NCBI GenBank assembly: GCA_030390025.1
Contig: CM059432.1
Coordinates: 116,686,001-116,750,000, forward strand
DNA from: Squalus acanthias
Lineage: Eukaryota
DNA length: 64,000 bases
Direction of reading: 5' to 3'
Positions 12,850 through 25,824 of this stretch are shown here, in pieces (within the stretch, counting starts at the first letter, position 1; each line of letters opens with the position of its first letter). Under the pieces are notes generated by a model. The model saw nothing but the letters and a program-made list of their open reading frames with translations, was not told where the DNA came from and made no database searches. The position numbers and the translations under genes are program-made.

Positions 12850-13217
12850 TGCGGAGACCTAATTAAACATTTTCATTAAATGTGAACCAAAGACAGAAAT
12901 GTACAAAATAAAACTTCTGTAGTTATTCTCGTACCCTGTTCTTCCGACTTCTTTACGTGATCTTATAAAGGGCCCAATACAAAATCATTTTAAGGCATAG
13001 ATTACAATAGTGCAGTATGCTGAGGCTCCAACCCAGTATATTATATGGTGATAGCTCATGTTCATAATTCCCTGCACATTCAGCTCCTGATTTTTGCAAT
13101 TCTATTGTGTGGGCAGGCACTGTGCAGAGCCCTGGCACTGTACCACAGGGAGGGAACATAGGATGGAGAGTCACCATCCGAGAAGAATTGGGAGCCTACA
13201 GTGATTATCCATCCTTT

Positions 13218-14818
13218 CTGCCAATAGATTGCCTGCCTACTCATTTTTTTCCTCAATAATTTTCTGCAATTTCCCCGTGAAAGCATCGACTCCTAGCTGC
13301 ATAAGGTTCCACGAGTGCCAGTGTCCCTCGAGTATTCATTATCCATGTGTAAGCTTTGACGGTGAGTATCACCCAGCTAATTATGCACAGGGAGCTCGAT
13401 TTTGTCTTCACCCAATGTTCACTCACATGCGATTCCAACAGGAGCCGCTGGGTGGTGCTCAGGAGTAGGAACCGTGACTGATTTTCTCCTCCCTCACCCA
13501 ACAGTGCTGAGAGCAATCCTAGCTTCTCTACCTCTGACCTGGTTACGATCAGCTAACAGCAGATTGGTGCTAGAGCTTGGGATATTGCTGGTCTGTATAG
13601 CTCAGCTACTCACCGGATAAACTCACTGCTGTCCACTCACTTAAGCAGGGGTGATGCAAAAAGGGAAGTTGAGAAAATTCTTTATTAGCTCCTACAATGT
13701 TTAAGTACAAAACATATTGTGGTACTGAGCGATCAAGACCAGATAGGATGTTGCTGCATCAGTTGATCTTAGCTGGGTCAGTGGTGAGGTACTAAAATTG
13801 ATCTGTGTCCCAGGCTAGTGAAGGGGAAGAAAATGATCAGCCTCAGTCCCACTCTTGATTGATATCCAGTGACAGCGGTGGAAAGTGAATGTATCTGTAG
13901 ATGTCAGGCAAGAACAGGACCAGTTTTGACTGGCACTCTCTTGGTTGAATGGCCTACCAGCATGCAATGTTTGAACTCACACATGAGGTAATAGTCATCT
14001 GCTGGTATCGTGTTAAACTATCCCTTGACACCATCATCGTCAGGGAGGGAAGAAAAGGGAAAGAAACTCCTATGATTGAAATGAATAGGGAATTGCCACC
14101 CAGATATTTTGTGTGGAAATTAAAGGTAAATTCTGGACTGTGGGTCAGATTTCCTAGCAGCAATGCTGTAAATCTATTTCCAACCCATGATCTCTGGGAT
14201 CATGGCTTCCTTGCTGGGAACATTGGGCCAGATTTTGCTGAAACAATAACAGCGTGTGAACGACGCGAGCCGTTATTAACGTGCAACATCCTATCTGGTC
14301 TTGATAGCTCAGTACCACAATATGTTTTGTACTTAACCATTGTAGGAGCTAATAAAAATTTTCTCAACTTCCCTTTTTGCATCACCCCTGCTTAAGTGAG
14401 TGGACAGCAGTGAGTTTATCCGGTGAGTAGCTGAGCTATACAGACCAGCAATATCCCAAGCTCTAGCACCAATCTGCTGTTAGCTGATCGTAACCAGGTC
14501 AGAGGTAGAGAAGCTAGGATTGTTCTCAGCACTGTTGGGTGAGGGAGGAGAAAATCAGTCACGGTTCCTACTCCTGAGCACCACCCAGCGGCTCCTGTTG
14601 GAATCGCATGTGAGTGAACATTGGGTGAAGACAAAATCGAGCTCCCTGTGCTTAATTAGCTGGGTGATACTCACCGTCAAAGCTTACACATGGATAATGA
14701 ATACTCGAGGGACACTGGCACTCGTGGAACCTTACGCAGCTAGGAGTCGATGCTTTCACGGGGAAATTGCAGAAAATTGTTGAGCAACAAAATGAGTAGG
14801 CAGGCAATCTATTGGCAG
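13218..14818. repeat. Inverted duplication, arms 13218-13754 and 14283-14818
   Basis: ~536-bp arms are near-identical reverse complements with few substitutions; mirrored ORFs appear in the track. Confidence 0.95.
13755..14000 (+). mobile_element. Old SINE-like repeat (family S3)
   Basis: Diverged similarity to 29870-30040, 32215-32290 and, reversed, 1660-1770 and 13380-13625. Confidence 0.45.
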
Positions 14819-15337
14819 CAGCTTGTAGCGAGGAAGAGATACCCCGAGAGTTGCGAATCGCCAGAAGTTGACGACCGATTTGCGTCGTTGGCTTCACAAA
14901 AACAGCATCTCGTGCTTAACCTCGCAATGATTTTCATGAAGTTGCTGCATTTTCACATTAATTGCCCATTAAACTCGCTACAGAAAGTTAAATCTAATCA
15001 TTAACAGTGTAAATACCCTTTTAACAACATGATAATTATTAATGACTGCCAATTAACCTCCCTTGTCCAGAAAGTGAACAATTATAAGCGTAAAGTCTCA
15101 TTCCTTCAGGTTGTGAATTATTTTAGGAGATTTAAAAATATAAAAAATTTGTACATTTTCTTACTTTTCCTTTCTGTCTCTTTTTTCTCTCTCAATCCAA
15201 TCTTTCTTTCCCTCCCTTTATTTCTCTTTCTGTACCTGATTTGTCATTGAATTCACCCACTCTAATTCATCCTCCTTCTCAGTCCTTCCTGTGTTACTTT
15301 CTCAATCCTTCAATCTCACTGGTTGTGGAGATACACT
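14225..15337 (+). mobile_element. Harbinger-like element (family M2) carrying the inverted insertion
   Basis: Starts GGGCCAGATTTT; homologous to the reverse complement of 3130-3660 on both sides of 14283-14818. Confidence 0.65.
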
Positions 15338-15339
15338 TT

Positions 15340-16052
15340 GAGTCGGATATTCCGACTCTTGCGGGTGTGTACGAGGTGTGTACACACCGTAGGGGCCTCG
15401 CAAGTGCCGGTTTCAGGCATGCGAAGCACATGCACTAAAACCCGGCACATCCGATCTGTCAAGAATCCTCTTGACAGATCATCCACCTGCCCGGGAGAAG
15501 GGCCTCCGCGGGCAGGGAGTTCCGCTTTCTGCACAACTTCCGCCCGCTGAAAACCTTTAAAAATCTTAGGCCTGCTTTTACCAGCATAAGAGTTTAAAAA
15601 AAAAATTTTTTTCACTCATTTATAATTTAAATATACTTTTAAAAAAGCTAAGTTTATTTTTAGCCCTGTAAAAAACTTTAATTATATTTTTCAAAAAATT
15701 AAATTTTTGTTTAAAATATTTAATTTGATGTAATTTTAAATACGTGATTTAAAAAATGTTTTATTTGATGTTTAACTGTTTTTAAATGTGATCCCCATTC
15801 ATACTTTTGACAGATCTATGCGTACAGACCTGTCAAATGTGTGCAGGGGGATTCTCTTCTTTGATTGGTTCCCCATGGCCCACGTGATCCCAGGGATGCT
15901 TGCGAACCACCTGCGCCCCTGGGATACCTGGGCCTCTGCCCGCGCGGACCAAGAGAGGCCCAGGATCGGAAGTCTCGGGACCTACGGAGCCAACAGATAA
16001 GTGTGTAGATGTTTCCCGATCAGAGGCATCCGCACGCAGGAAAATCTGGCCC
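15340..16052. mobile_element. PIF/Harbinger-like MITE (family M1, copy 2)
   Basis: Colinear with 379-1135; ends GGAAAATCTGGCCC. Confidence 0.75.
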
Positions 16053-16524
16053 AATGTCCCATTGTTCACCAAGGTCCCAGATGCCCTGTCGCCCTCGCCG
16101 TACCATTATCAGCTCGCACTTTCAGCAACTTTGTAGGCAAAAATTTTTCAAACCAAACATGCAAGAACAAGTCTAACTAACGTGACATTATTGAAATAAA
16201 TATCTATTCCAGTGCTAACTCTCATGCAGTTAGTTATTCCAGCAAACTATCACTCCCTCCATCACTGTAAGCAGAATGTTTCTATGTGTTAGCAACGTCG
16301 TAAACTTAATGGCTTCGGATTTTGCGGTCAGCGGTGAAGGAACAGCACTCGCCGTTCACTACTCTTATAGCTGTTCACAGACTTCGCGGGCTTTTGAGCG
16401 GCAACTTTAGAGATCCTGTTCAGCACGGCGCCCTCTACAGGGGATCTGTGGAGTCTGTGAGCAGAACAAGAAACAGTGTGTCTCTTCAACCAATCAGATT
16501 TAAGAATCCTCACTGAGACACGCA

Positions 16525-18090
16525 GGCCGCGAATTTAATCGCGCTGAGGGGGCGGGTTTGGAGGCGGGTCCTGTGTCAAAATCGCAAAGGTTGACAGTGG
16601 ATAGGAAACCCGCTGTCAACCCACCTCCACGCGAGTCTCCCAGGTGTCAGGTCTGTAAGCGGAGAACTGACCCGACACCAAGTGGCGGGGGATACAATTC
16701 ACATACTTAAATGGCTTGTTAAGAGCCAATTTAAGAGTATTTTGAGGCTTACTTCTAATTTTACGTTCTGCCCCACGGATTACCTGCTGTTCGGGGAACA
16801 TGCCAGCTCAACCTCGCGTGTTTTGAGTCTGCTCTGATGTTTCTGAAAAGCTGACAGCTGCAGAAGTGGTATAAAGGATGCCATGTTGCAGATGGTGAGT
16901 TTCAGAGCGCAGAAAATGTTGGTTACTGCATTTTTAATACATATAGAGATTTCTTTAGCTTACAAGTTTTTAGATCCAACTGTATGTCCAGTGCCACCTC
17001 ATTGGGAGAACCTCTCTCACCAGTGACAGATCGCTTCTGTCATCTCACCTGCAGCTGCCATCTATTCCAGCAACATCAGAGCCATTGAAACAATCAGACC
17101 TTGGTCCTCCGAATCCTTCCACGATCAGCCCCAACACCAACATCACCAACCTTCTCCACCATCACCTGATGCTGCACTGGACACAGGGCATCAGCACCCG
17201 ACAACATTGCTGCCCGGGAGGCCAGCGATGGCATCACCATGGCCAGATTTTCTGCACTTGATGCTGTGAACCCTGGCTGCCACATGATGTGCCAGGTTAA
17301 CACCATCCCACACCAGCACTGTGAAGCATCCCTTCAATGTCCAAGCCATTCCATGCACACACATCACTATAGTGGGGTGGGGAGCGGGGGGGGGGGGGAA
17401 GTTATGACTGAACAATCACTGGAACTCAGTAAGACACTTCTCAAGGTTCGCTCAGATCTGTCCAATAAGGGGCACTTTTTGAAAAAGAGATTTCACTGTA
17501 TGACAGTACATTACCAGAAACTTCACATGGACATTGGCTAAAACTCTCAAGTGCCTACCCTTGTGTGTTGTTAGTTGATATGCTTGCAGTGGGATGAGGA
17601 TGAGTGTGAGGGGTGGCTCGTGAGATGGGGAAGTGATAAAGTAGATAGAGAGGGTTGGGTGGAGGTGCAAGGTAAGTTGGTGTCCTGGGGAGGTCTCTTC
17701 CACCCTTGGAAGGGAAGAGAACCTCCCTGTGTGCTGTGACTCCCTCCATAAGCATATGGAGGGAGTAATTGGAGAGCCTGGGTGTAAGCGTTCACCTTTG
17801 TGCAGTGATTGTCAGTGTTTGCAGCATTTCAATGCTGTCAAACACTGACAGAACAACTGTCAAACTCCATGTGGACATGGACCCTTTAAGGAAACCGGCT
17901 GATGATGCGTCATCAAATGACATCATCAGACCCGCTTCCTGTTAATTGGCCGGTAAACCCGCAGGGCGGGTTCAACAAGGCCAATGAAGGGAAAATCATG
18001 TCTGCAGAGCGGAGGCAGCTGGGGGTGGGACCGGAACCCAGAAATCAGCTGTCCCGCCCCCATCCCGCTTCCAGAATTAAATTTGCGGCC
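16525..18090. mobile_element. PIF/Harbinger deletion derivative with a Myb/SANT-like ORF remnant
   Basis: 15-bp TIR GGCCGCGAATTTAAT/ATTAAATTTGCGGCC; minus-strand MLMEGVTAHREVLFPSKG resembles the Harbinger DNA-binding protein; nested in an M2-like element (16322-16524, 18091-18560). Confidence 0.75.
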
Positions 18091-18561
18091 ACAGAGTCTA
18101 AACCAGGAAGTATAAATTAGAATAGTTAATTCAATGTAAAATCATGTACAGAAAGTGAAATAAAGAGAGGGAAAGAAAGATGGGATTAAGAGAGAGAAAA
18201 GACAGAAAGAAAAAGTATTAAAAAATTTTAATATTTAAAAAAATCTCCAACAATAATTAAATTGTGAAGGAATGAAACTCCAGACTTGTAAAATAAAATT
18301 TTCAGGGCCAGTGGTTGTTTGGCAGTAATTAAGACTTATCACACCATTAAAAATTCACTTACACCTGAATGCACCAACCCTAACTTCTTCTGGCATGTTT
18401 AGTGGGTATCTAGTGGGTAAGTACAGCAACTTCACGTCCATCATGGATTTCAATGCCAAGTCTCTCGGCGAGGTACTGGTGTAGCGCGGCTTGTGGAGGA
18501 GCAGGACAAATTGGACAGCAACTTCCGATTTCTGTGTTTAACTGCACATGGGTGGATGTCA

Positions 18562-19440
18562 GAACATAAGAAATAGGAGCAGGAGTAGGCCATTTGGCCC
18601 CTTGAGCCTGCTCTGCCATTCAAGAAGATCATGGCTGATCTTCTACCTCATCTCCACTTTCCTGAACTGTCCCCATATCCCTTGATTCCCTTAATATTCA
18701 AAAATCTATCGATCCCTGTCTTGAATATACTCTGATGCGGAGATGCCAGTGTTGGACTGGGGTGGACAAAAGTGAGAAGTCGCACAACACCAGGTTATAG
18801 TCCAACAGCTTTATTTGAAATCACAAGCTTTCGGAGCGGCTGCTCCTTCGTCAGGTGAAGTCACCTTAATATTCCCTTAATATTCAAAAATCTATCGATC
18901 CCTGTCTTGAATATACTCTGATGCGGAGATGCCAGTGTTGGACTGGGGTGGACAAAAGTGAGAAGTCGCACAACACCAGGTTATAGTCCAACAGCTGAAT
19001 TTGAAATCACAAGCTTTCGGAGCGGCTGCTCCTTCGTCAGGTGACTTCACCTGACGAAGGAGCAGCCGCTCCGAAAGCTTGTGATTTCAAATTCAGCTGT
19101 TGGACTATAACCTGGTGTTGTGCGACTTCTCACTTTTGAATATACTCAACGACTGAGCCTCCACAGCCCTCTGGGGTAGAGAATTCCAAAGATTCACCAT
19201 CCTCTGAGTGAAGAAATTTCTCCTCATCTCAGTCCTAAATGGCCGACCCCTTATTCTGAGACTGTGACCTCTGGTTCTAGACTCCCCAGCCAGAGGAAAC
19301 ATCCTCCCTGCATCTTCCCTGTCAAGCCCTGTAAGAATTGTGTATGTTTCAATGAGATCACCTCTCATTCTTCTAAACTCTAGAGAATATAGGCCTAGTC
19401 TACTCCATCTGTCCTCATAGGACAATCCCCCCCATCCCAG
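18562..19440 (-). mobile_element. CR1 LINE 3' fragment interrupted by a Penelope-type insertion
   Basis: LSYEDRWSRLGLYSLEFRRMRGDLIETY...; minus-strand tail CCTATTTCTTATGTTCT at ~18560-18580. Confidence 0.9.
18733..19137. mobile_element. Penelope-like element terminal fragments (tandem plus inverted) with minimal hammerhead motifs
   Basis: Copies 18733-18863, 18919-19043 and inverted 19048-19137; TCAC-CTGACGA-A-GGAGC..GCTCC-GAAA-GCTT-GTGA; TTGAATATACTC repeated at the junctions. Confidence 0.8.
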
Positions 19441-19944
19441 GAAGGTGCTGTCCAATTTACTCCATAATAACGGTGGGCACTGATAGCCTCAACATTATTC
19501 CTATTGCAAATGCCAGGCTAATAGGTAGGTATTCTCCGATTACTATTTCTAGGGTAATCATAAACATCTTTTTTTAAGAATATAGGAAATCTTTCTACTA
19601 TGTTTAGGATGTCACTAATATCTAGTAACTAGAGGATATCTCACCTCCCATATGCCTTCATTCCATTAACCCCATTCAATAATACTTTAAACAGCCTGCC
19701 TGCTTCAGGTGCAATCTATGTCTGAAAGGTCCACTGTTATTGAAGAACTGTAGTGTGAAGGCATTACATCAACCGACTGTGTTAACACTTTGACTGCACT
19801 CCTCAAGAGTTCAGTTGATCTTATGGGAGGTTTAGCAGCACAACTGGTTGCTTGGGAGTAATTTGCTGTAGCTAGATGTGGCTAGTTTACAAGATCATGA
19901 AATGAGTACAGATGATGAAGGCCATTCAGACCATCTTTTTCAAG

Positions 19945-20372
19945 CTGCGCCTCGATTTCAAAATTCTCATCCTTGTGTTCAAATCCCTCCATGGCCTCAC
20001 CCCTCCCTATCTCTGTAATCTCCTTCAGCCCCACAACCGCCCCCCCCCGAGATATCTGCGCTCCTCTAATTCTGCCCTCTTGAGCATCCCTGATTATAAC
20101 CGCTCAACCATTGGTGGCCGTGCCTTCTGTTGCCTAGACCTAAGCTCTGGAATTCCCTGCCTAAACCTCTCCACCTCACTACCTCTCTCTCTTCCTTTAA
20201 GACGCTCCTTACAACCTACCTCCTTGACCAAGCTTTTGGTCACCTGCCCTAATTTCTCCTTATGTGGATCGGTGTCAAATTTTTTTGTCTTTTAATACTC
20301 CTGTGCAGCGCCTTGGAACGCTTTACTACGTTAAAGGCGCTATATAAATACAAGTTGTTGTTGTTGTTGTTG
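19945..20372 (+). mobile_element. L2-like LINE 3' end
   Basis: RLDFKILILVFKSLHGLTPPYL...LRSSNSALLSIP; ends AAGGCGCTATATAAATACAA(GTT)n. Confidence 0.88.
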
Positions 20373-21239
20373 TCTTGGCTAACCAACCAAAAAGAAAAAC
20401 ACACAAGTCTATAAATAACTGTTGGCGAGGTCAGCAGATGAAAACTTCACGCACTAGTGTGACATTCCTCTGTCCACTACTTTATGAAGATGTTAACCCG
20501 CTTAAAATAAATGGGTTAACATTTGCATTAAAATATAGACCGAGAAACATCATGTGAACACAAAGCGTTCACATGCTGATATCGCCAACAGTAAATTCTA
20601 ACATATAATGTCCCAGCGCAGCATCCAACTGACCCTTGAATGACTCCAAAGTTTTCATCTCCACTACGCGACTTGGAAGTGTTACTCTTTGTGTGAAGAT
20701 ATTCTCTCGGACGCCAATATCAAACATAACTTCCACTGGTTTGAGCCAATTCCCATTACTGTAGACATTTTCAATACTAAACCACAGCATTCACAATCTA
20801 TTCTAGTGATATTTGATTAGTGATTTTAGGATTTCCTGTGACACTACTCATGGAAATTCAGATACTATGCTGTTTTATAACTAAGAACGTGTGTAATACT
20901 TTAAGGCCACAGGATTTTATTGCCATTAAATGAATACGGATCAAGGCCACTCGGGGTTTAGTTGTTGTTTGGTCAGGGAACTTTGCAGCTTGGAATGTGC
21001 CGGTCAGTTTCAAGCCGCAACTCAGAAACAGCTTGACCGGCTGAGTATTTCCAGAATTTTCTGTTTTTATAGCAGGCTTTTAAGATTGTTTTACATCTTC
21101 CATGTCAGTGTGATGTCTCTGTATGCTGCATACCATTTTAATATTACCTGTTGATCTGTGATCTTGCTCACGTTGACTGAGATGTGTTACAAGGAGTGTT
21201 AATTTAATGTAAGGAGGGTTGTGAAAAAGTAGTACAGAA

Positions 21240-21581
21240 AGAAGAAAGACTTGCATTTATCTAGCGCCTTTCCACTATGTCCCAAAGAGCTTTACAGCCA
21301 ATAAAGTATAGTCATTGTAATGCAGGAAACCCAGCAGCCAATTTGTGCACAGCAAGGCCCCACACCTGCTCTTCTTCAAAATAGTGCCATGGGATCTTTT
21401 ACATTCACCCGAGAGGGCAGACGGGGCCTCGGTTTAATGTCTCATCCGAAAGACGGCACCTCCGACAGTACTGCACTGGAATGTCAGCCTAGATTTTTGT
21501 GCTGAAGTCTCTGGAATGGGACTTGAACCCACAACCTTCTGACTCCGAGGCAAGAGTGCTACCAGCTAAGCCACAGCTGAC
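21240..21581 (-). mobile_element. tRNA-derived DeuSINE-like element (internally deleted)
   Basis: Reverse complement of 22011-22455. Confidence 0.8.
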
Positions 21582-22010
21582 ACACTGTGATTTAGTTGTC
21601 AATTGCAGTTCTGTCCTGTAAAGTAATGAATTAATGTAATTAAGGAAGAGTGTAAGCTGGGCACGAGTGGTTTCAGTTTAAAGAAAAAAAAGTGAAAATT
21701 AACTGTGTAATGGTAATGCAAGGGTTGATCGAAAATATAGAATACGATTTCATATAGTAGCTTGTAGTGAATACTGGCTGTCTGTGGGCCTTGTGTTTCT
21801 CAATACTTGATGTGTGCTTACATCCAGTCATCTGCTGCGCTCCCTGACTGTGCTGATGATTTTAGCAACTTGCATTCTGTTTTTTGACTTTTGTTACTCA
21901 AGGGGGTGAATTTCATAGGGTAGGACATGCGATGGGGGAAGTGAAGTGAGAGAGGATTAAGCCCGGAGCAGCGATTGTAGAGCAGCGTGCAAGTGAAGTA
22001 AGGTGAAAGT

Positions 22011-22455
22011 GTCAGCTGTGGCTCTGAGTCAGAAGGTTGTGGGTTCAAGTCCCACTCCAGGGATGTGAGCACAAAAATCTAGGCTGACACTCCAGTGCAG
22101 TACTGAGGGAGTGCTGCACTGTCAGAGGTGCCGTCTTTCAGATGAGATGTTAAACCGAGGCCCCATCTTCTCTCTCAAGTGGATGTAAAAGATCCCATGA
22201 CACTATTTCGAAGAAGAGCAAGGGAGTTATCCCCCGTGTCCTGGCCAATATTTATCCCTGAATCAACATAACAAAAAACAGATTATCTGGTCATTGTCAC
22301 ATTGTTGTTTATGGGAACTTGCTGTGTGCAAATTGACTGCTGCGTTTCCCACATTACAACAGTGACTACATTTCAAAAGTACTTCATTGGCTGTAAAACA
22401 CTTTGAGACATCCGGTGGTCATGAAAGGCGCTATATAAATGCAAGTCTTTCTTTT
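22011..22455 (+). mobile_element. tRNA-derived DeuSINE-like element (SacSINE1-like)
   Basis: B-box GGTTCAAGTCC; central GTTAAACCGAGG...AAAGATCCCATG..CACT...GTGTCCTGGCCAA resembles the Deu domain; L2-like tail AAGGCGCTATATAAATGCAAGT. Confidence 0.8.
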
Positions 22456-24299
22456 TTCTTTTTATTTGCCTAAAGCAGGAACTGTGATCCATCCGGGAGG
22501 TTATGTGAGTGGTGGGTGGGGAATGTTGTGTAGCGTGTATGTGGAGAGGACAGAAGTGAAGTGTGGAAATGTGGAAAGGTGTGGGAGTTGGCACATGCAC
22601 GGTGGTGTGTGAGATAGCAGGATCAGGCATTGATAAAACAATTCAAACTGAATAGGACAAAGAATTAAAATCAGCTTTAATTTGGAGGAAGGTGAAATTG
22701 TAAAGGCAAATCGTTTAGGGCAATTATGTGATCCAGTCCCAGCGGGAAGCACAGTCATATAATTACTATAGTAATATTAGTAGATATATAGTTAGATACA
22801 TATAATGGTACAAGTTGTTACTGAGAAGAAAACTGTGACGTCTACACACAATTAACTGATTTTTCCACTCTTGTGGCCTTAGCATTGCTTTCATGGTGTC
22901 CCTGATTTAAAACACGATGGCTTCCTTAATGTCTTGGGTGGTAAATGCACTTACAAGTGTGGTCTTGAGCCATAGAGACCAGGAACCCGGTTTTGTACTA
23001 ATAAGTTAACTCAGCTGGGTTGGTTGTTATAAAAATACATCTGATAAGTGAAACTTGATAATAGATCGGCTCCAGCACGCTGAAGGAAAAGGACTCTTGA
23101 AAAGGTTGAAGAACTGTTAAAGGGATTGTTAATTTACACGTTGTAAAAAGACGACACAGAGAAGGACAGATCACCAAAGCAACTTGGCCACGGATAGAGA
23201 GAGAAAACAAGTGACTTGTCAATCAATAATAGGGACCTATTGTTGACAAGCCACCGTCCTAGAGGTGTGCTTCAAAGTAAAAGACTTTGAAAGTTAAGTG
23301 GAAGTTAGAGTCAGCGAGAGTCACAACCTCGCCTTTTACCTCCTAGCGGCACCACCTCTCCTGGAATCCTCCGGACTGCTCTCCACCTCACAGCTTCATG
23401 CCTCGATGCAGGCTTACAGATTGCTTGTGAAGGAGATGACCTGGCTACAAGAGAAATCCATGCTATACTACAACGGTGTCCATCAAAATAAGGCCCATTG
23501 TGCCTGTGCCAACTCTTTGAAAGAGATGTCCAATTAGGTCCATTGCCCTTCTCTTTCCCCATAGCCCTGCAATTTATTCCCCTTCAGGTATTTATCCAAT
23601 TCCTTTTTGAAAGTTACTATTGAATCTGCTTCCACCATCCTTTCAGGCAGTGCATTCCAGATCACAACAACTCGCTGTGTAAAAAGATATCTCCTCATCT
23701 CAATAGACATTTGATTTCCAAAAAGTTATGCATTTTGGGAATTCTGCAAGTGTTCTTTCATTGTTGTTAAAGTAATTCTAAATTGCACATAAACCCAAGA
23801 TGTTGTTTAATTCTAAATGTCAATTTTTCTAGTGTATAATAAATTGTTTTCTTTATAAAGCCACGGTTTGTGCCTGAAGTTTCTTTAGAAAAAAAAAAAA
23901 TCAAGTTAAATATAAAATTAAACCATGTGTAGATAAAAAGGCATTTTCCTAAATTAGTGGGTAAAAATCACTTTGTGCCTTATTGCTAAAGGAGAGAAAA
24001 GTTCAGCCAGGGTAGCCAGTCGGGTCACTAGCCAGTAATCCCTCCCCGAAATGGACTTTTGTGGCTGTGAAGTTGTAACCAACCTCCATAAACCCAAATA
24101 GCCCACCGGCATTTACTGTCTCGGCTCACACATGAACAACAGTAACTCAAATGAGGTAGAGCCAGTGCCCGTGGAACCACACCCTGATATAGTCACTACC
24201 TTCAGACCAAGGGTTCAGAAGAGAAAATTAGAAGGAAAATCTGAAGAAGGGAATGGAAAAGAAAGCATCATAAAAGAAAGCAAGCTTTCACAGCAGCAC

Positions 24300-25320
24300 A
24301 AAAACAACAACTTGCATTTATATAGCGCCTTTAATGTCGTAAACCCTCCCAAAGGGCTTCACATGAGCGATTATCAAACAAAATTTGACACCGAACCACA
24401 TAGGAGATATTAAGGCAGGTCAAAAACTTGGTCAAAGAGGTAGGTTTTAAGGAGCATCTTAAAAGGAGGAAAGAGAGGTGGAGAGGTTGAGGGAGGGAAT
24501 TCCAGAGCTTAGGGCCTAGGCAACAGAAGGCACGGCCACCAATGGTGGAGCGATTATAATCAGGGATGCTCAAGAGGCCAGAATTGGAGGAGCGCAGATA
24601 TCTCAGAGAGTTGTAGGGCTGGAAGAGGAGAAGGAAAGAAAGACTTCCATTTATATAGCGTCTTTCACAATCTCAGGATATCCCAAAGCGCTTTACAGAC
24701 AATGAAATACTTTTGGAGTGTGGTCACTGTTGTAATGTAAGAAATGCTGCAGCCAATCTGTGCACAGCAAGCTCCCACAAACAGCAATGTGATAATGACC
24801 AGATAATCTGTTCCTGTTATGTTGATTGAGGGATAAATATTGGCCCCAGGACACCAGGGATAACTCCCCTGCTCTTCTTCGAAATAGTGCCATGGGATCT
24901 GTTACATCCACCTGAGAGAGCAGACAGGGCCTCATTTTAATGTCTCACACGAAAGACGGCATCTCCGACAGTGCAGCGCTCCCTCAGTTACAGAGATAGA
25001 GGCCATGGAGGGATTTGAAAACAATTTTAAAATTGAGGGGTTGCTGGACTGGGAGCCAATGTAGGCCAGCGAGCACAGGGGTGATGGGTGAATGGGAGTT
25101 GGTGCGAGTTAGGACATTGGCAGCAGACTTTTGGATGAGCTCAAATTTACGGAGGGTGCAAGGTGGGAGGCCGGCGAGGAGAACAAAGGCATGGATGAGG
25201 GTTTCAGCAGCAGATGAGCTGAGGCTGGGGCGGAGACTGACGATGTTATGGAGTTGGAAGTAGGCGGCCTTGGTGATGGAAAGGATACGGGGTTGGAAGC
25301 TCAGCTCAGGGTCAAGTACA
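24300..25320 (-). mobile_element. L2-like LINE 3' fragment with a nested DeuSINE-like element (24636-24987)
   Basis: SPITPVLAGLHWLPVQQ and SIPDYNRSTIGGRAF on the minus strand; the SINE matches 22011-22455. Confidence 0.85.
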
Positions 25321-25824
25321 ATTGTCAAGTATTTACATCGACCACTTCACTGAAAGGTGCTTTCAAAAGGACATAAAGCAGTAAACACAGCTTCCAGTAC
25401 ACCTTTCTGTTCATGGCATTTCTGTAGCAATCATATTTCATCGAATTTATTTTTCTCCGTGGCTGATGGGAGACTGGGCCAGGTCTTTTGCTGGGGGAAG
25501 ATGTTAAAACACAGAATTTTAAAAGCAACAAGATTGTTGCCTGTTGGGTTTTTGTTTGGTGGGGAGGAGGAAAGAGCCCAGAAAGGATGAGTCCCATAAA
25601 GAGAGAGAGAGCAAAACTAATTAAGAATGGGAAGAGGCAGTGATTTTTATCTGGGGGTCATTGTGACACCTATGGCCTGTGTCTGTATCTGCTATATAAG
25701 CGCAGTAAGACCTGGTCTAAAAGTCAATGCTTGATAGATTAAGAACGACTCATCGACACGAGTGTAACTGGACCTCTGCATTTGGCAACAGAAGCACCTT
25801 TGGAGGCTGAGAGCGAGAAGTAAT

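Noticed and set aside
14122..14150. NLTHSPEFT on the minus strand resembles LysRS DLTHNPEFT
   Set aside because: Nine residues only, opposite strand, 40 kb from the other exons, flanks do not align; likely chance.
14221..16056. One 1.8-kb transposon bounded by CATTGGGCCAGATTTT inverted repeats
   Set aside because: The interior is two different families joined at ~15338 and the flanks are not a direct TSD; similar TIRs explain the match, though composite mobilisation is not excluded.
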